From Lingula anatina (taxonomy: Eukaryota; Animalia; Brachiopoda): DNA of 64,000 nucleotides. The stretch lies in contig CM120645.1 in assembly GCA_051362555.1 (NCBI GenBank), forward strand, positions 372,001 to 436,000, in the 5' to 3' direction. The notes beneath the pieces are model-generated. The model saw only the letters and a program-made list of their open reading frames with translations. It was not told the DNA's origin and ran no database searches. The stretch's first letter is position 1. The number at the start of each line of letters is the position of its first letter. A program made the position numbers and the translations under genes. Below are positions 1 to 14,302 of the stretch, piece after piece.

Positions 1-3000
1 CAATAAAAATGGGCAAATGTTCCGTCAATGGCCTCTGGACTCTGCTTCATCCTTTGGTGTTTAATGATGTGACGGCACTGCCGCATTTGACCGATGAGCT
101 GGCCGCCCTGCCCTCTCCCGTCCCACCTCATGCGGCCTATCAATAAAACAGCCGAGCAGACAATGAATCGATATTTTAATAATGACCTCATGGTTGCTGC
201 TATATTCGACTTGTTTACGTGTTAAACCGTATGATTGATGGGTTTATCTCCTAAAGCCACTAGGTACGAGACTGATGTGGGCACAGTGATAGGGAGACAG
301 TGCTTTGTTCTGGCAATTACGGACGGTTTCATTTTGCCGTAATCACTTTTACAGAGCTTACATCCGGCGCGGTAACTCGTAACACGAGGATCTTAGAATA
401 AGTGATTTTGATAGTGATTTTGAAAGAAGATACATGTTATTAGTTTTTAAAAACAACCCAATAAAGAAGACCCATCCTTTTGGCATAGAATATGTTGACA
501 ACGTTTGACTGTAGACCGTGGAGTAACAAGAATGACTTGAGCTTGTAATTATAAAACGAGTAAAAATAAATACGTCCAATGCACCTCTTTTAAGAACGCG
601 GTTGGTAAATATTATATTACTCACTTCATGGATCACAAGTGTTGGTTTCTTTCTACTGTGTTGAATATTGATCCTTCCTTTTCATTCATTTCAATGATTG
701 CGTGTCTTAGAAGATAAATGTTTGGCTGCCAAAGAGCGACTATTTTTGTCTGTTACATAGGCACATCAACAAGAAAACTATCAACAACAGTCTATATATA
801 GTGTGTATTTAAAAATTACATTATTCCCCAATCGCGTATTGTGATCTTCGCCCAAGCCACTGTCTAGCCTTAATTACGGACTCCTCACCTTTAAACCCAC
901 TGTATGCGAACAGTAAAACGAGTAACTTTTTTTTCATATTTAAAAAGCATATATTCTTCCTGTAAGTCCACGGCTTCCTCTGGTAAACAAAAATAAGATA
1001 GCTCGGAACAAACAATGTTATTCTTTGCTATAGAACCAAGAAAAAGTAACGCAGCACGCTTTTAAAAGCCAAAAGTCACCACGGATAGCAAACATTCTTT
1101 GTTCATAATTGACTGCTGAGATCGTAAACTATTGTAAGTTCCACAGAACGGGAACCGATACAAACTGAGATTTGAAAAGCAATATGCAAGTCGATATCAA
1201 ATAACAATCATCTTCTGTTTGAGGTGAATTAGAATCACAAAGCAGCACAGTTTTCCCAGAACTTCCAACAATTACCGACGTTGACTTATCAATGAATTTG
1301 TACTGAAGTTGAATTTTTTGATTGCCATTTATAGTAAATGCCGTGGATATTGGCTGAAATTTCCAAAGTTCAAACGAAGCAAGAAGTTCTATATGGTGTT
1401 CACACAGAGGAAGACAATCCAACATTTATAGACTATCAGTAATCTCTGATATAAGGCAAGTCAATTAGGCAATCTGAATACGGAGTCTGAAAAGATTTCA
1501 TGGTGATTTCTGCGAACAAATCGATGAACACGTATTGGCGTCAAGACAGCAATTAAATGACGGATTCGCCGTAAATGGGAGTATTTCCCAGCCGATGGAG
1601 TTCCTTGTAGACTATATGAAAAATTTACCCAGTTTAAGGCAGAAACATACACTAAATATACAGGATATCATAAAACCATTAGACACGGAGATTCCATAAA
1701 GAACATGTTATCTCTGATAGAATGACTCAAACTTTGGTCCACTTCTGTTATTATGCTTGCGCGGGTTGTATGTGTTAGCTCATGCAACGTAAGAAGCCAT
1801 TAAAACACTGGGGACAACCATGCGTCTATTTGCAGATCAACATAAAAAAACACCTTAAAGAGAGCGAAATAAATCAATTACTATCTGGGTAATTTAAAAG
1901 TAATTATCATCAAATTAACAGCCCTTTACCTATGTTATGTATGTTTTACCCCGAAAAGTACCCATATAATTATTTTTGCTTCTTATGTTACAAAATAAAT
2001 AAATGGTATCCTTGAAGATTAGTATTATATTAGTTAAGCCAATATAGTTCCAAAAACAAACTTCAGATTTTCCAGTAACTGTGGACATGACAGCATTTTG
2101 CCACTAATTTGTACTCCTCGGCACAGGTGTATCCTAATCCGTGTCAACAGGTGAAAATAACATATAGCAGTTACAGGTTAAAAGAATAAACTGCCAGATT
2201 ATGTACGTGTCAAATAACGCACCAGCCTCACGTGTGAGGTCACGTGTTTAAGTACAGGTAAAGCAAAAATAAACATATACTTCACTAGAGGCTATATGAA
2301 GAAAACCAGGAAAATAAATACCCATATTGTATCACCAGTATCTGTATGCAAGTGCCATTGATTAAGACATATCTTAAAACACCAGGGGCAGTAAAAATGA
2401 ATCGTTATATCCAAACGTTTGATTCGCGTATATTGCTGAGGCGTTTTCTCTTACAGAAAAGGGTTAATTTGATGGTGCTGGTGTTGTAGGCTCTTACACA
2501 TAATTGCAGCTTGCGGCATATTACACGTGTACCAGTGGCATTGGGGTTTTGAACCAATTTGGTTAGAGTGCTCGTAAGTGCTGTTCGGAGATCGAGTATA
2601 ATGTTCTAAAACTGAATCAACCAATTTACCGTTTTGATGGTTTTTATTAAAGGCCATAGAAAATGGCTTAGCTAGAATGACATAACGGATATTGGAAAAT
2701 GTAAACAATTGTTATAGTTAAACTAGACTACCGTCTGCAGGTAGCATGGCGTCATGTTTTGTTTTAAAGTTTTAAATTGGTATATAATGTCGAAACTGAG
2801 GAACATCTGATGGAATACTTTCAATGAGCGTAGTGCTCAAATGTTTTGGAAAAATTCGTTTTTGATCGCTAGTTATTCCTCATCCATACCCAGCTACGTG
2901 AACGCTCTGGTTAGGCACACTTAGATTGCTAAAGAATTGTATATCTTTATCTTCACAGAATAAATAAACACAATGAATGAGTAGCGTTAAATGTATTCCA

Positions 3001-3122
3001 AATATGTCTTCATGCAGACATTAGAAACAGTGTACATATTCCAAGACATCCATACAACATCTTCACGTTAGATCAAAATATAATTCCCCGATAATCTGTT
3101 GTATGTATTATTATGATATCCA

Positions 3123-4637
3123 CTACACCCGCCTTCCAAAAGCGGCGATACAAGATTGCCTTCGAGGTTTATCCTTATCAGTCTGGACTTTGACGGTGAC
3201 GGCAAGCTGCCCGTTCAGCGTGTTATTGTTAATGGCTAGTTCACTGCGAGTGTTAAAACTTGTCATCATGCTGTTCGTGTTGCTGTCTATTTCCCGGTCA
3301 GAACGCTTCTTTTTCTTGCTCGTGCATCCGCACACGTGCCTGAGGTGTCGCCGGAAAATCCGCCCGCTGAGACAGTAGAGATAAAAATTCACCGCACTGT
3401 TCGTATAATAAAGGTGCTGAAACGCGTGAGTTAGAAGCACGTACCACGCAGATGACACAACCTCGCTGTTCTGTCCAATAAAAAGATCAAACAGTAAGAG
3501 GATTTTATACGGGGATGTCATAAGAACAAATAACACTGAAACTGAAACCAGCATAATTGTCACTTGTAGACGCTGTCGTTCATGAGACTTCTGTGGATTG
3601 GAGTGGTGGGGTGTAGCCGGTTGACCGGGCACTTGTAGCGTGTCCATTTTCTTAATTAGACTGAAAGACACGAGACGTTTCTGCGTTTTGTTGGCTTTAA
3701 GGACAGTTCTAATGATGACTGTGTTAAGACTGGTTAACATCATGAAGGGGAGAAGAAAGGTGACGATAATGTCAAACCAGGGCCAAGCTGTCAACAAAGC
3801 CTCATTGTTTTTTGGGAGAAACAGGCAAAGTTGGCCGTTGTGTAACCGTACAGTCCAGGCAAGATGAAGGTTCTTGCACACGATCAGAATAGCACCGGTT
3901 AAGAGTACCTTCCACGAGCGAGACACGGTGCAAAATGTTTTGGCCTTAAGAGGATATTTGATCGCTACAAACCTATCCGTTGTCATGACGAGGGTTGTGA
4001 AAATGGAACAGTCAGCGACAATCTTTTCACACAGTGTCATTCCTTTGCATAGGGCATCTGTGTTACTATCCGAGAAAAAATTAAAGAAAAGCCAGTACGT
4101 GCTCTGAAAGAACAATAACATCACAGTATCCAATATCGCCATCACAGATATGAAGAAATAAGCCGTAATATGTTTGTGGCGTTTCTTAAAGGTCACGATG
4201 AACGCCAGTATGTTTCCTGTTATACCCCCAACTAATATAAATGGAGGGATGTAGAGAACTATGATTTGGAATATTATTCCATAAATTCCCGAGTCAATCT
4301 CTGGAGAATCTGCTCCGTTGTTTTTTGTCGCCATGGAGGTATTTGCAGTGAAAACCGAGCTCATTGTGCTCTCTGGTTCCGCAGGCATGGTGAGGATATA
4401 TGCCGCCGCGTGCGGAAAGGGCTCGTCTCCACTTGTAGAGGCGTCGCTTAATCTACCTTCCGAGTGAATAGATTCTGTAAATATACTCGTATAGTTTCCG
4501 ACGTCTCCCGGTAAATTCATCAATGTACTATTTTCAAACAGTCGGAAGGAATTCTCCGTCTCATTAGGTACGCTAGTCTCTGCAGTGGCTCCAAGGACAG
4601 ACCGCCTCGGTTCCTGAAACACCATCATCACACACAT
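3123..4637 (-). CDS. Class A (rhodopsin-like) peptide GPCR, FMRFamide/TRH/sex-peptide-receptor-like group; intronless CDS, 504 aa
   Basis: Seven hydrophobic segments; TM1 GITGNIL, TM2 MAILD, TM3 DRFVAIKYPL, TM5 FLLPF, TM7 NSAVNFYLY; N-terminus with N-glycosylation sequons. Confidence 0.92.
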   Translation of the reverse strand: MCVMMVFQEPRRSVLGATAETSVPNETENSFRLFENSTLMNLPGDVGNYTSIFTESIHSEGRLSDASTSGDEPFPHAAAYILTMPAEPESTMSSVFTANTSMATKNNGADSPEIDSGIYGIIFQIIVLYIPPFILVGGITGNILAFIVTFKKRHKHITAYFFISVMAILDTVMLLFFQSTYWLFFNFFSDSNTDALCKGMTLCEKIVADCSIFTTLVMTTDRFVAIKYPLKAKTFCTVSRSWKVLLTGAILIVCKNLHLAWTVRLHNGQLCLFLPKNNEALLTAWPWFDIIVTFLLPFMMLTSLNTVIIRTVLKANKTQKRLVSFSLIKKMDTLQVPGQPATPHHSNPQKSHERQRLQVTIMLVSVSVLFVLMTSPYKILLLFDLFIGQNSEVVSSAWYVLLTHAFQHLYYTNSAVNFYLYCLSGRIFRRHLRHVCGCTSKKKKRSDREIDSNTNSMMTSFNTRSELAINNNTLNGQLAVTVKVQTDKDKPRRQSCIAAFGRRV

Positions 4638-5776
4638 ACACTACACTGCATCTCACCAACCAGTCCTAAAACCTTACTTTGTGTTCATACGACGTCAATA
4701 TTCTGGTCGTGCTCTGCATGCAAACCTACCCCTGGCTAACAATGACTTCACTAAAAAACAACGATCGTGTTTTGATGCGTCAACTGAATGAGCTAAATAT
4801 AACCGCCAAGTCTTCTTTTGTAGGCGACGGTAAGGCCGCAATGCGCAGAATCGATTCATCGTTTCCTAGAGCAGGCAAAGTGTTTCATCCAGAGCGAGTC
4901 TAGGAGGTTCTTACATGTCCCATTGGGTATTCCATTATGACGGATAGATCACACAGTTAGCGCACCGCGCCGGTGTCAGTCGTTAACCGTTGGAGTTGTT
5001 ACACAAGAACTTCAGAAAACAGTATATTTAGGATCTTAAGGCGTTTTTATGTAATAAATGGACTTGGACTATTTCATTTATAAATCACACAACCTTCACA
5101 TTGAAAATAAAAGCTGATTGAGTTCGTTTTATCAAAGCTTTTCCATTATTTATTTATGTTAGAGCGTGATTTTGTAACGCTCTTTGAAATGTGGACTTGC
5201 GTATAAGAGAATAAATGATTTTAAATAACTAATGTTGACCACGTTTTATTTTCTGCTCCTCCTATTGATAACGCTAGCTAACAATTGACATGGGTTTATT
5301 CCAATATACCAATAAATTTCCCCCGAGAATTGGGAGCCTAAAGAGAGAAATGTGTAACAGCTATCACTTGACGTACCGACACTTCAATAGATATACAAGG
5401 TTTTATATATATTTTGAAATGAAAAAAAAAAATGGAAGCATTAAAGAAGGAATATAAAGTAGTATTGGATGAGTAGGGGAAAGCAACTGTCATAAAACAA
5501 GATAGAGAAAGAAGATGAGGGCTGGGCAACTTAATAAACGTAGCCATCTAATCCCTTAGGGATTTAAACTGAACAGCCTTTAGAAAAACATCTGAGATAA
5601 TTGAATAGTACTTGGTCCCGCGCCACGCTGCAATTATTATATTGCGTTCAAAATATCTTTGAAGGGTCGATCAGTCATACATGAATGGTTTATTACTTTA
5701 ATCGACTATATTGTTACTACATGTATTTTCTACTATACCATTACTGCGCTGCTTAGTATTGAAATATCTTTGTTAC

Positions 5777-5780
<4 letters not shown>

Positions 5781-5820
<40 letters not shown>
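5781..5820. repeat. (TTA)n microsatellite
   Basis: Seen directly; similar tracts at 6478-6522 (TTA) and 6732-6788 (CTA/ATA). Confidence 0.95.
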
Positions 5821-5821
<1 letters not shown>

Positions 5822-6476
5822 CTTCGCTGTTCCCGTGGGGAAGTGTTTACCAAACACTTTATTCGGAGGTTTCTATCATTCTATAATTTGGAAGAAAAAA
5901 TGAGAGCCCGTAGCATCAGTGACGTTAAACTGTAAAAGTGAAACAAAACAACCGACGGCAGCGTATGTCCAACATAATAACGATTATTTGAAGCGAAAAA
6001 AAGCACTTACCGTTCGCAATCTAAAATTGGATTAAAGCCATGTCTTTATAATAAAAACGTGTGTCAGGACAAAGTAACATACGTGAAACTGATCGAAGGG
6101 GTTCATCGCTCGGTCACTAAAAACGACAAACCTCTTAGCGTGAACAATAAATAGAAAAAAATCAGCGCCAGAAGGTTTACAATCTTTGTTCATTTCGATT
6201 AATACAGTGGAGTCTGCTTAAGGAAATAACCGCCCCCCCCCCCCCCCGACCCCCGCTCTGTGTCCCTAGTTCTAAACTTTGGTCAAATGGGCCCCCTACA
6301 TGTATTTTAAAGTTGAGGACATGACCACATGTATAATATCCTTTTTATGTGTTTTATTGATAATTAACAATTTTAATGAACTTTTATGGAGTTTAAATGC
6401 AGTTGCACATTTTTTAGTCTCTCATAACCCTTAGTAGGGTGGGATTTATTTATTTAAAACGTGAGACGTTAATAAA

Positions 6477-6523
<47 letters not shown>

Positions 6524-6730
6524 GGTAAATTACATCCCAAATGTAGGGCTTTTACTCTTCAATATATAGGACTGATGACTGAACGATGCCTCATATAGTG
6601 GAAAATAAGATAAAACATATCTGCAGGTTTGTGCATCGTATGTCCTTTATGTTCAATTGTTTTTTTTTCTGTCTATTCACCCTGTCCCTATTTTATTTAT
6701 TTGGTATTTCATTTGTAAATTTCTACAAAA

Positions 6731-6771
<41 letters not shown>

Positions 6772-7849
6772 ATAATAATAATAATAAATTGAAAATGGTG
6801 CTAAAATGTTCTTGTTTTTTCAAAGCTTAATTCAAAAACAGTCTTTCGGATATTTTGTACGTTATATATCGTAAACAGGAATAACACCCGTAGGGATCCT
6901 CCTTGTAAACAGCACATAACTTCCTTCAAATATTAGGGCATCCCTTCGTTGTTAGCTTCCAAGCACAGAAACTGATATTTTCAAAACGATTATTCCCATG
7001 TAAAATGCTATTCCAACTCAATATATATGATAAAACTAAATTAGTAAAAGGATCCACTACGACGTCTTAAAGTTGTTTGTAAATTTTACTTCGTTCCTAG
7101 ACTTTGCTTTAGGGCGATTTAATTAAGAAGCAACCTGTAGGTAGTGTATGTTTTAACATTGCAACACGAGCGTTGTTCAAACACCTGCTGCTATACCATG
7201 AAACGAAAACATGAATGAAAGCAACACGTGTATGACGTAACGACATGTTGTTTAATACGTATATGACGTAACGCCATGTTGTTAGATATGCTCTCCAGTT
7301 TGGGGCGGAGCTTTGTTGCTCTACACATACCTGCCTCTAATTATAACCCCATGGTTTTCAGGCAGATTATTTGGTTTAAGAGTGCGGTCCACGTGTGGCG
7401 GTTCTTTGTATTAACTGGTCATTCCGCGTGAACCAACTGCTCCGTAAAAACGAGAACAGATGTTGAACTGGACGGTGAGAGACATGCTGTCAGATGCATT
7501 GTACTAATCTGTACATATTTATGTTTACAGCTAACAATTCTGTAAAATGCACCCCCCCCCCATGTGAATACGCATCTACCGAAAGCAATGATCAAATAAA
7601 TAAATGACGACTTAAGAAAGAAAGGAGTATCAAAACAAACGGGGAGGGTAACAGGTAAACAAGCAATCAATTAAACAAATAAATTAAGAAAGACACATTT
7701 ACTAACAAAACGGAGAAGAAAAAAACAAAAACAGCAAGGGTGACATGTCCCTGCTTTGGCTATATGTAGATGGGTGAGTTGATATATCCGTTTAGTTCAT
7801 AAATAACCTAATCATGTGTTTACCCAATGTCTCGCCTTACTCAGGTCCA

Positions 7850-9584
7850 TTTTTATGTACAGACACAGATGTGTCTGTACATATAGCCATCATCTGCGTC
7901 TGTCGTCGCCGTCGTCGCCGTCGTCGCTGTCGTCGCCGTCGTCGCCGTCGTCGCCGTGCACTTTTACCGATAACACGATAAGTGGAAAACCATTTTACCT
8001 TTTGACTTGAAACTTGCAGAACTGATGAATATTCATAATACGCAGGTCAAGTTCGAAAATCAGCATGATCGGGTCACTTTTAGGGAATTTATGCTGTTTT
8101 TTCACTTTTTTCAGCATATATGCAGCACCGATAACACGATAAGTGGAAAACCATTTTACCTTTTGACTTAAAACTTACAGAACTGATGAATATTCATAAT
8201 ACGCAGGTCAAGTTCGAAAATTAGCTTGATTGGGCCATTTTTAGGGAATTTATGCTGTTTTTGCACTATTTTCAATATAAATACAACACTGATAACACAA
8301 TATAAGAAAAACGGCTTGGCCAATTGTAATTATACTCACAGGAGTGGTCAATCTTACTAAAACGCAGGTTGAGTTCGAAAATCAGCATAATCGGGCCATT
8401 ATTTTAGAAGTTATACTGTTTTTCACATTTCCTCAGATTCAATTATTAGGCATGTTAACAGTCTCATTATTTAACTAATAAGATGCCTAAAAGTGTTTGT
8501 TTGATATTTCCTGCATCTTTACAACATTGTTAGTTGATTATGTAAAAAACATGGTAAACTTGTTATCATGTATTGTGTAATAAAGTGTCAAAAATGGAAA
8601 TAAACTCATATCATTTCAGTTTGTCAGATTCAATCATCCACTATGTTCAGAATCGCAGAATGGAGGAAATTGGACATTTAACACTGTTCTATTGATACTT
8701 TTCCCATCTCATCAATTTTCTTAGTTGGTCATATAAAATGGCAGTAAAATGTTTATTTTGTTTTATGTTAAAAAAGTGTTAAAAATGGAAATAAACCCAT
8801 TTCAGAACAGTGCTGTCTTGTTTACATTTTGGCATTTTCAAGGCGTGACTTTGAAGTTCCATGGGCCTGAAGACCTTTGCTAGTCACATTTTCTGAATAT
8901 CTGTGAAACAAATATTATATAATTAAAAATTGATGGTCATTAAGCTGTTAAACATTATGTAATATTGCATCAAAATTTGAAGAAACTCCTATTTTGGGCA
9001 CTGCTTCCATGATGACCATTTAAGGAAAATCATGTCACTTACTGTTCTCAAACTTACAGGAATGAAACATGGGACTAAAATACAGCTTCAGTAGGCAATG
9101 CAGTCTGTTTGGTATTTTTATTTATTTATTTATTTATTTTTTTTTTTTGGCAGTTAAACAGTTTTTTGTGAAAATTTAATTTTTCACATATTGGCATTTT
9201 CAAGGTGTGACTTTAAAGTTCCATGATCTTGAAGACTTTTGCTTGTCACATTTTCTGAATGTCCATGTTACTAATATTTTATTAATAACATTTGATTGTC
9301 ATTATGCTGTTAAACATTATGTAATGTTGCATCAAAATTTGAAGAAACCCCTGTTTTGGGCACTGCTCCTATGATGACCATTTAAGGGAAATCATGTCAC
9401 TTACTGTTCTCAAACTTACAGGAAAGAAACATGGGTCTAACAAACAGCTTCAATAGGCAACGCAGTCTGTTTGGTAAATTTTTCTGGCAATTTAACAGTT
9501 TTTTGTGAAAATTTAATTTTTCACTTATTTGCATCTTTATTTTCTGTTCTTTGTCTGTACATTTGACAGCTTTGCTGCCTTGTT
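7850..9584 (+). mobile_element. Non-autonomous Helentron/DINE-1 (HINE, Pearl-like) element with internal tandem arrays
   Basis: 5' T-run, then inverted repeat TGTACAGACAC/GTGTCTGTACA and a (GTC/GCC)n microsatellite; three ~160-bp units (about 7968, 8128, 8289) and two ~360-bp units (about 8830, 9190); 3' subterminal GTCTGTACAT, short hairpin CAGC-TTT-GCTG and terminal CTTGTT. Confidence 0.75.
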
Positions 9585-11588
9585 TATTATTCTAACACAG
9601 TATGACAAGAATTTTCAAATATTATTCCCAGTATCTCGTCCTCATATTAGCCCAAGGCAATACATTATGGCTTAGTTTACTGCGCTGCTTTCGAGTAAAG
9701 TTCCATGAAACGCTAAAAGGTCATTTACCAGCAGCGGGTGTGATTAACGTTTTTATGAATTGTGAGTCATCAAGCCATTCCCATCACATGTGTAAGTTCT
9801 CTTTATTGTGCTCTGGGTATTACAGGTAGACAGGAGGCTAACAATCTACCTGTAACTGGCGGGATGTAAACATTAACGCCTCTTTGGGTCTTTCTTGGTG
9901 ATAAAAATAGATGTATTTAAAGATGAACTAGAGCAATAACATGCAGTAAACAAAGTGTAAAATAGAAGTACTAAATCTATACTAGAGCAGAAATATCTAG
10001 CCAACTTATTTCCCGGAGAGGAAAAGTCTGGTTCGTGTAAGTGTTTTTCAAAAACTACCACATTTTCATAAGAACTGTTCTAAAAATGTGGTTGGAATGA
10101 AGGATGTCAGTACACTTGTATCAATCAGAAGTTAAACTTAGATTTTTGTGGTTTCTCGGGTTTTTGTTACACCCCGTAGTTTAAATTTTCAGCCAATGTT
10201 AAAGAGACGGAGAGAGTAAATGTCAGGTGTTTTTCACTCTTGTCTTTGTCATTTTGCACGCAGTTTTTAGACAGTCCAGCTCTAAGCTATTCTGGTACAG
10301 TTTAACGGTTTGTCCTGGCAAAAACAATCCTTGCTAGTAAATTTTAAATGGTTGTGAAACAACACCAAGATTTAAATAATCCTACTCTTTAATTTTTCTT
10401 AATTTCTACCCCGGTATATCTATTTAGCTTAATTCACGAGAACCTCGGTACATTCTTTGATAAATGACCGGGAAGCATTTCAGAGAGGTAGTTGGTTTTT
10501 TGTGTTTATCAAATGCGACAAATGACCCCAATCTTCAAACAGCAGAGCTTTGAGTTTTAAAGGTTACCCATTAATTTACAAGACCTAACAAGGGAAATAT
10601 TGCAAGAGCTGTAAACGCTGGCTGGGAGATGGGGCCGGTGTCGTGTCACATCAATTAAGGACACCGCAACAGCACAGGATAAGGTATAGTGCAAAAAAAA
10701 AGTGTTCCAGGAGTCTTTAATCAGTATTGCGCAGGCGCAGCAGGACACGTCCGGACCAAGTGGTATTTTCTAAAATGTGTTTTTTTTTCTCTTTTCAGCT
10801 TTTACTTCGTTAAGATAGCCTGAGGTGATCCAATTAATTCTCTTTGGTATAGGAAGATCTTATTTCGACTGCAATAGTATCCACACCTAGTTCTCATTAA
10901 ATTCAGCCATTAACAAGGGCACTTTGAAGTCGTCCCTCCTACGATGGTCTTTTCCAATCATCACACAGTGAGTGGCCAGGCGATGAAATTGCTAGGTTTT
11001 AAAGCGCAAAACGACTAAGAAGTATTTCAAATGAACTCGGGGCAATAACAAGAGATCGTTTGATCAGGATATTGCAAGATCTATAGGTAGCCACATGCGT
11101 ATAAGGACAGAATGGTCAGAAATTAAAGGTACCATTAACCACACTGTAAAAAGGCAATGGTATATTTACCTGTACAAGGCTCTGACACAAAGGAAGATAA
11201 CAAAAGTGTTAAATACCACCTACTTACAGCAACAAGGAGAGTACAGTGTTAAATAAGATCGGTCTTTCATTAATGATCTAACATGATACATGTATGCTAA
11301 AAAGTTCAAGTAAAACATGTGGGGTTTCGACATTTTAATCCGAATACTAATTTGGCAGAGCTGAGAGTTCTACTGAGGCCAGACGTTACTGCATGAACTC
11401 AAAACACTGGGGAAGTGGGAAACAGTTTAGACTGAACACGATCATGGCAGTCGAGAAACACTGGTAATAACTGGAAATAACATAACTTAAACCGAAAGCA
11501 AAATAAATTATCAATTTCAAAATATTCCCTCTGTGTAAGAAAAGAATGAATATCGACAAAGTGTTAAGTCTGTCAGTGTTGTCCTCTG

Positions 11589-11747
11589 GCCGAGGTCAGA
11601 TAACGAGTCGCTGGCCGTTTATGGCTGATAAAAGAACCGCGCCAGAGGTCAGATAACGAGTCGCTGGCCGTTTAGGGCTGATAAAAGAACCGCGCCAGAG
11701 GTCAGATAACAAGTCGCTGGCCGTTTATGGCTGATAAAAGAACCGCG
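11589..11747. repeat. 53-bp tandem repeat, 3 copies
   Basis: Unit GCCAGAGGTCAGATAACGAGTCGCTGGCCGTTTA(T/G)GGCTGATAAAAGAACCGC. Confidence 0.92.
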
Positions 11748-12844
11748 TTGAATGAAACCTGGGAAGGTTAGTACAATATGATAGCTTCAAATGGCACGCG
11801 CCATGGGACTGTAAGACAAGAACGCAGCGTTTAATTTTAACCATAAGACCTATCGTTGTTCTCCGTGTCAAGACGTGATTAAATGCAACGCCGAGAAAGG
11901 ATGCTCCCGACAGAGCGGATGAAGCTTTATAAATCAGTTTATTTCGTGTCACTGATCTCCTGTCTATCCAGCCAGCAGCCGCGTGGTTTCATAATCAACT
12001 TTGAAACCATCATTCTAGTGAATGGTATTGGTGCGCTAGCACTTTGTCAATAGTGCTTTCGCCTGTCACAACCCAATACAACTGAAATTTTCAACACGCC
12101 TTGACCTTAAGATACTATAGTAACCTTCTTGTATATCGTATATACCGGTACAGTACTTATACATTTGGTTGGGTGTCAGGGAAACCTATATAAAAAGCTA
12201 CTGATGCTATACGCACTCTTTAGATTAAAAGTGACGGAATGACCGTGTTGTCCTGAAGTCAGGTTGATATGTACCAGTATCTTTATACATGTACGACATT
12301 TGGACCCTCCACTGAAAGGATTCCCCTCTGTCCCTGCGGTCGTGGTGTTTACACTATAGGAACCAATTACATCGTATCTACAGAAACAATAAACACATTG
12401 AAAAGTAAACGAAGTTGAACAACTCCCCATGTTCCATTATATCAGATATGAACGGTCGGGTTTGTATGAGGTAATTGACATAGAGAACCTGTCTGTCCGA
12501 CATGGCATGAAAACCTGAAATGCCACAGAACCTGCAAAATTTTTGACATCGTAGGTCGTCTGCTCTGGTAAGATTTATATGAAGATACTTGACGCTTCCG
12601 TAATAATAAATAAACCTAGACAAAAGGAAATAGAATACTTAGTTCGGACCAGCACAACATTGGTAGACTTGGAGACTTCTTATAGTGCAGGTCCTCCAGA
12701 ACTCCAGTATCTTCATCATATTCCTCATGTCTGAAAGTGAAAAGAGTATCCCTAACTTTCGCTACATAGTGACAATGAGATATTTTTCGTTACATAGTAT
12801 ACTGACAACTACAAGTACATAACGGAAGGACAGGAATGGAAGTC

Positions 12845-12980
12845 ATAGGAATGGAAGCCCGTATGATTAGTACAGGGTTCGTTTGGAGTATTGAGGTTAG
12901 AATAAGGGACGAATGTCACCTGTTCACAGTAATGGGGAGCAGACTACGGTTCCTAGCGGACTTCCATGCCTGTTACACCT
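12845..12980 (+). repeat. Dispersed repeat fragment (probable DNA-transposon end); second copy at 53406-53533
   Basis: Shared blocks TAGGAATG..CCC.TATGATTAGT.CAGG, GGAGTATTG, GACTACGGTTC.TAGCGGACT and terminal ACACC. Confidence 0.6.
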
Positions 12981-13761
12981 GTACAAGCTTTAACATGTGT
13001 AGGAGACTCGTAATGTTGGATTCTGAGTGCTTATTCATTGTGCATTTTTACATTTTATCCTCTGTTGTATTTCTTAATACATTAATTATTTTTCCCTGTA
13101 ATAAATTGTACTTAATCGCCAGGGCAATTGTGTATTTTATTAGAATAAATTGTGTCTGTGATTTGTAGGGATATTTCTGACAAGGTTCCGAGCACTTGAA
13201 ATTCTCTCTCTTACCTATACATAAACACTGTATCTTAACCTATTTTACTTCACTCGACATAAAATCGTCTGAGATATATGCCAAAATTACGGTGTCCACG
13301 TCTGTAGAGCAGACGACATTCCGTTGTCCGCACGTATTTGTAAGGTGAGCTGTCTTCCATGCCTGCCATGTCTGAACTTAAATGAATTTTACACTTTGGC
13401 TAGACATCCAATCAAGTATGTCTCTTGCCATTAGAACGGTTTCAATTTCCGGGAAGCGTCTAATTCTAGAAACCATAAATTCGGCGATATAAATCCATGT
13501 CAGATCATCGCGCTCTTGGCCCACCATCTGCAAAAAATTATCTAAAAACTTGATTTTAGGATACAATCTTAACAAAAGTGTGAAATAAAGAATATAAACA
13601 GGTCTTGACTGCAACGACTGAGAAATTTATAACTTTGAAAACCCACAATGTGTCTATGCTATTCACCTGAACAAAAGACAAGGTAAACTGGAAGGTAAAT
13701 AAATGAAATAAATAACAGATAAGGTAAAACGGGTTTGTGTGTGCGTGCGCTCGTGTGTACT

Positions 13762-13792
<31 letters not shown>

Positions 13793-14159
13793 TAATTTAA
13801 CATCTGAAGAGGACATTTGGAATGCTGCCAACATTAAAAGAACGACTTACCGCTGTTACATCTTTCAAAATTATAAAACATACTTATTTCTAGTAAGCAA
13901 TAATGTACGAAAAATGATGTATATTTATCTACATATTATTTTGTTTTAACTACCATCCGAAGTACCCTCATAATACAGTATATAGGTTCTACATGATGTA
14001 ATGTACGGACCACTCTGTCTGGACGCTGAGGCGGCACTTTTCACAATTAACGCCTCCAAGGTGACAGTGACCCATGTTTTTTGCAGAGCCAAACAACAGT
14101 AAAAGATGATGGTAGCTTACTAAGTGAAGATCATACAGGGAATTCATCGTTTTATCTAA

Positions 14160-14170
14160 GTGTGTGTGTG

Positions 14171-14202
<32 letters not shown>

Positions 14203-14217
14203 CGTGTGTGTGTGTGT

Positions 14218-14268
<51 letters not shown>

Positions 14269-14270
14269 TG

Positions 14271-14302
<32 letters not shown>

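Noticed and set aside
1-250. Possible developmental enhancer (TGATTGATGG Pbx-Hox-like site near 232)
   Set aside because: A single short motif; conservation cannot be assessed from this sequence
3103-4451. + strand ORFs overlapping the GPCR, and similar antisense ORFs over other CDSs
   Set aside because: Shadow ORFs without motifs
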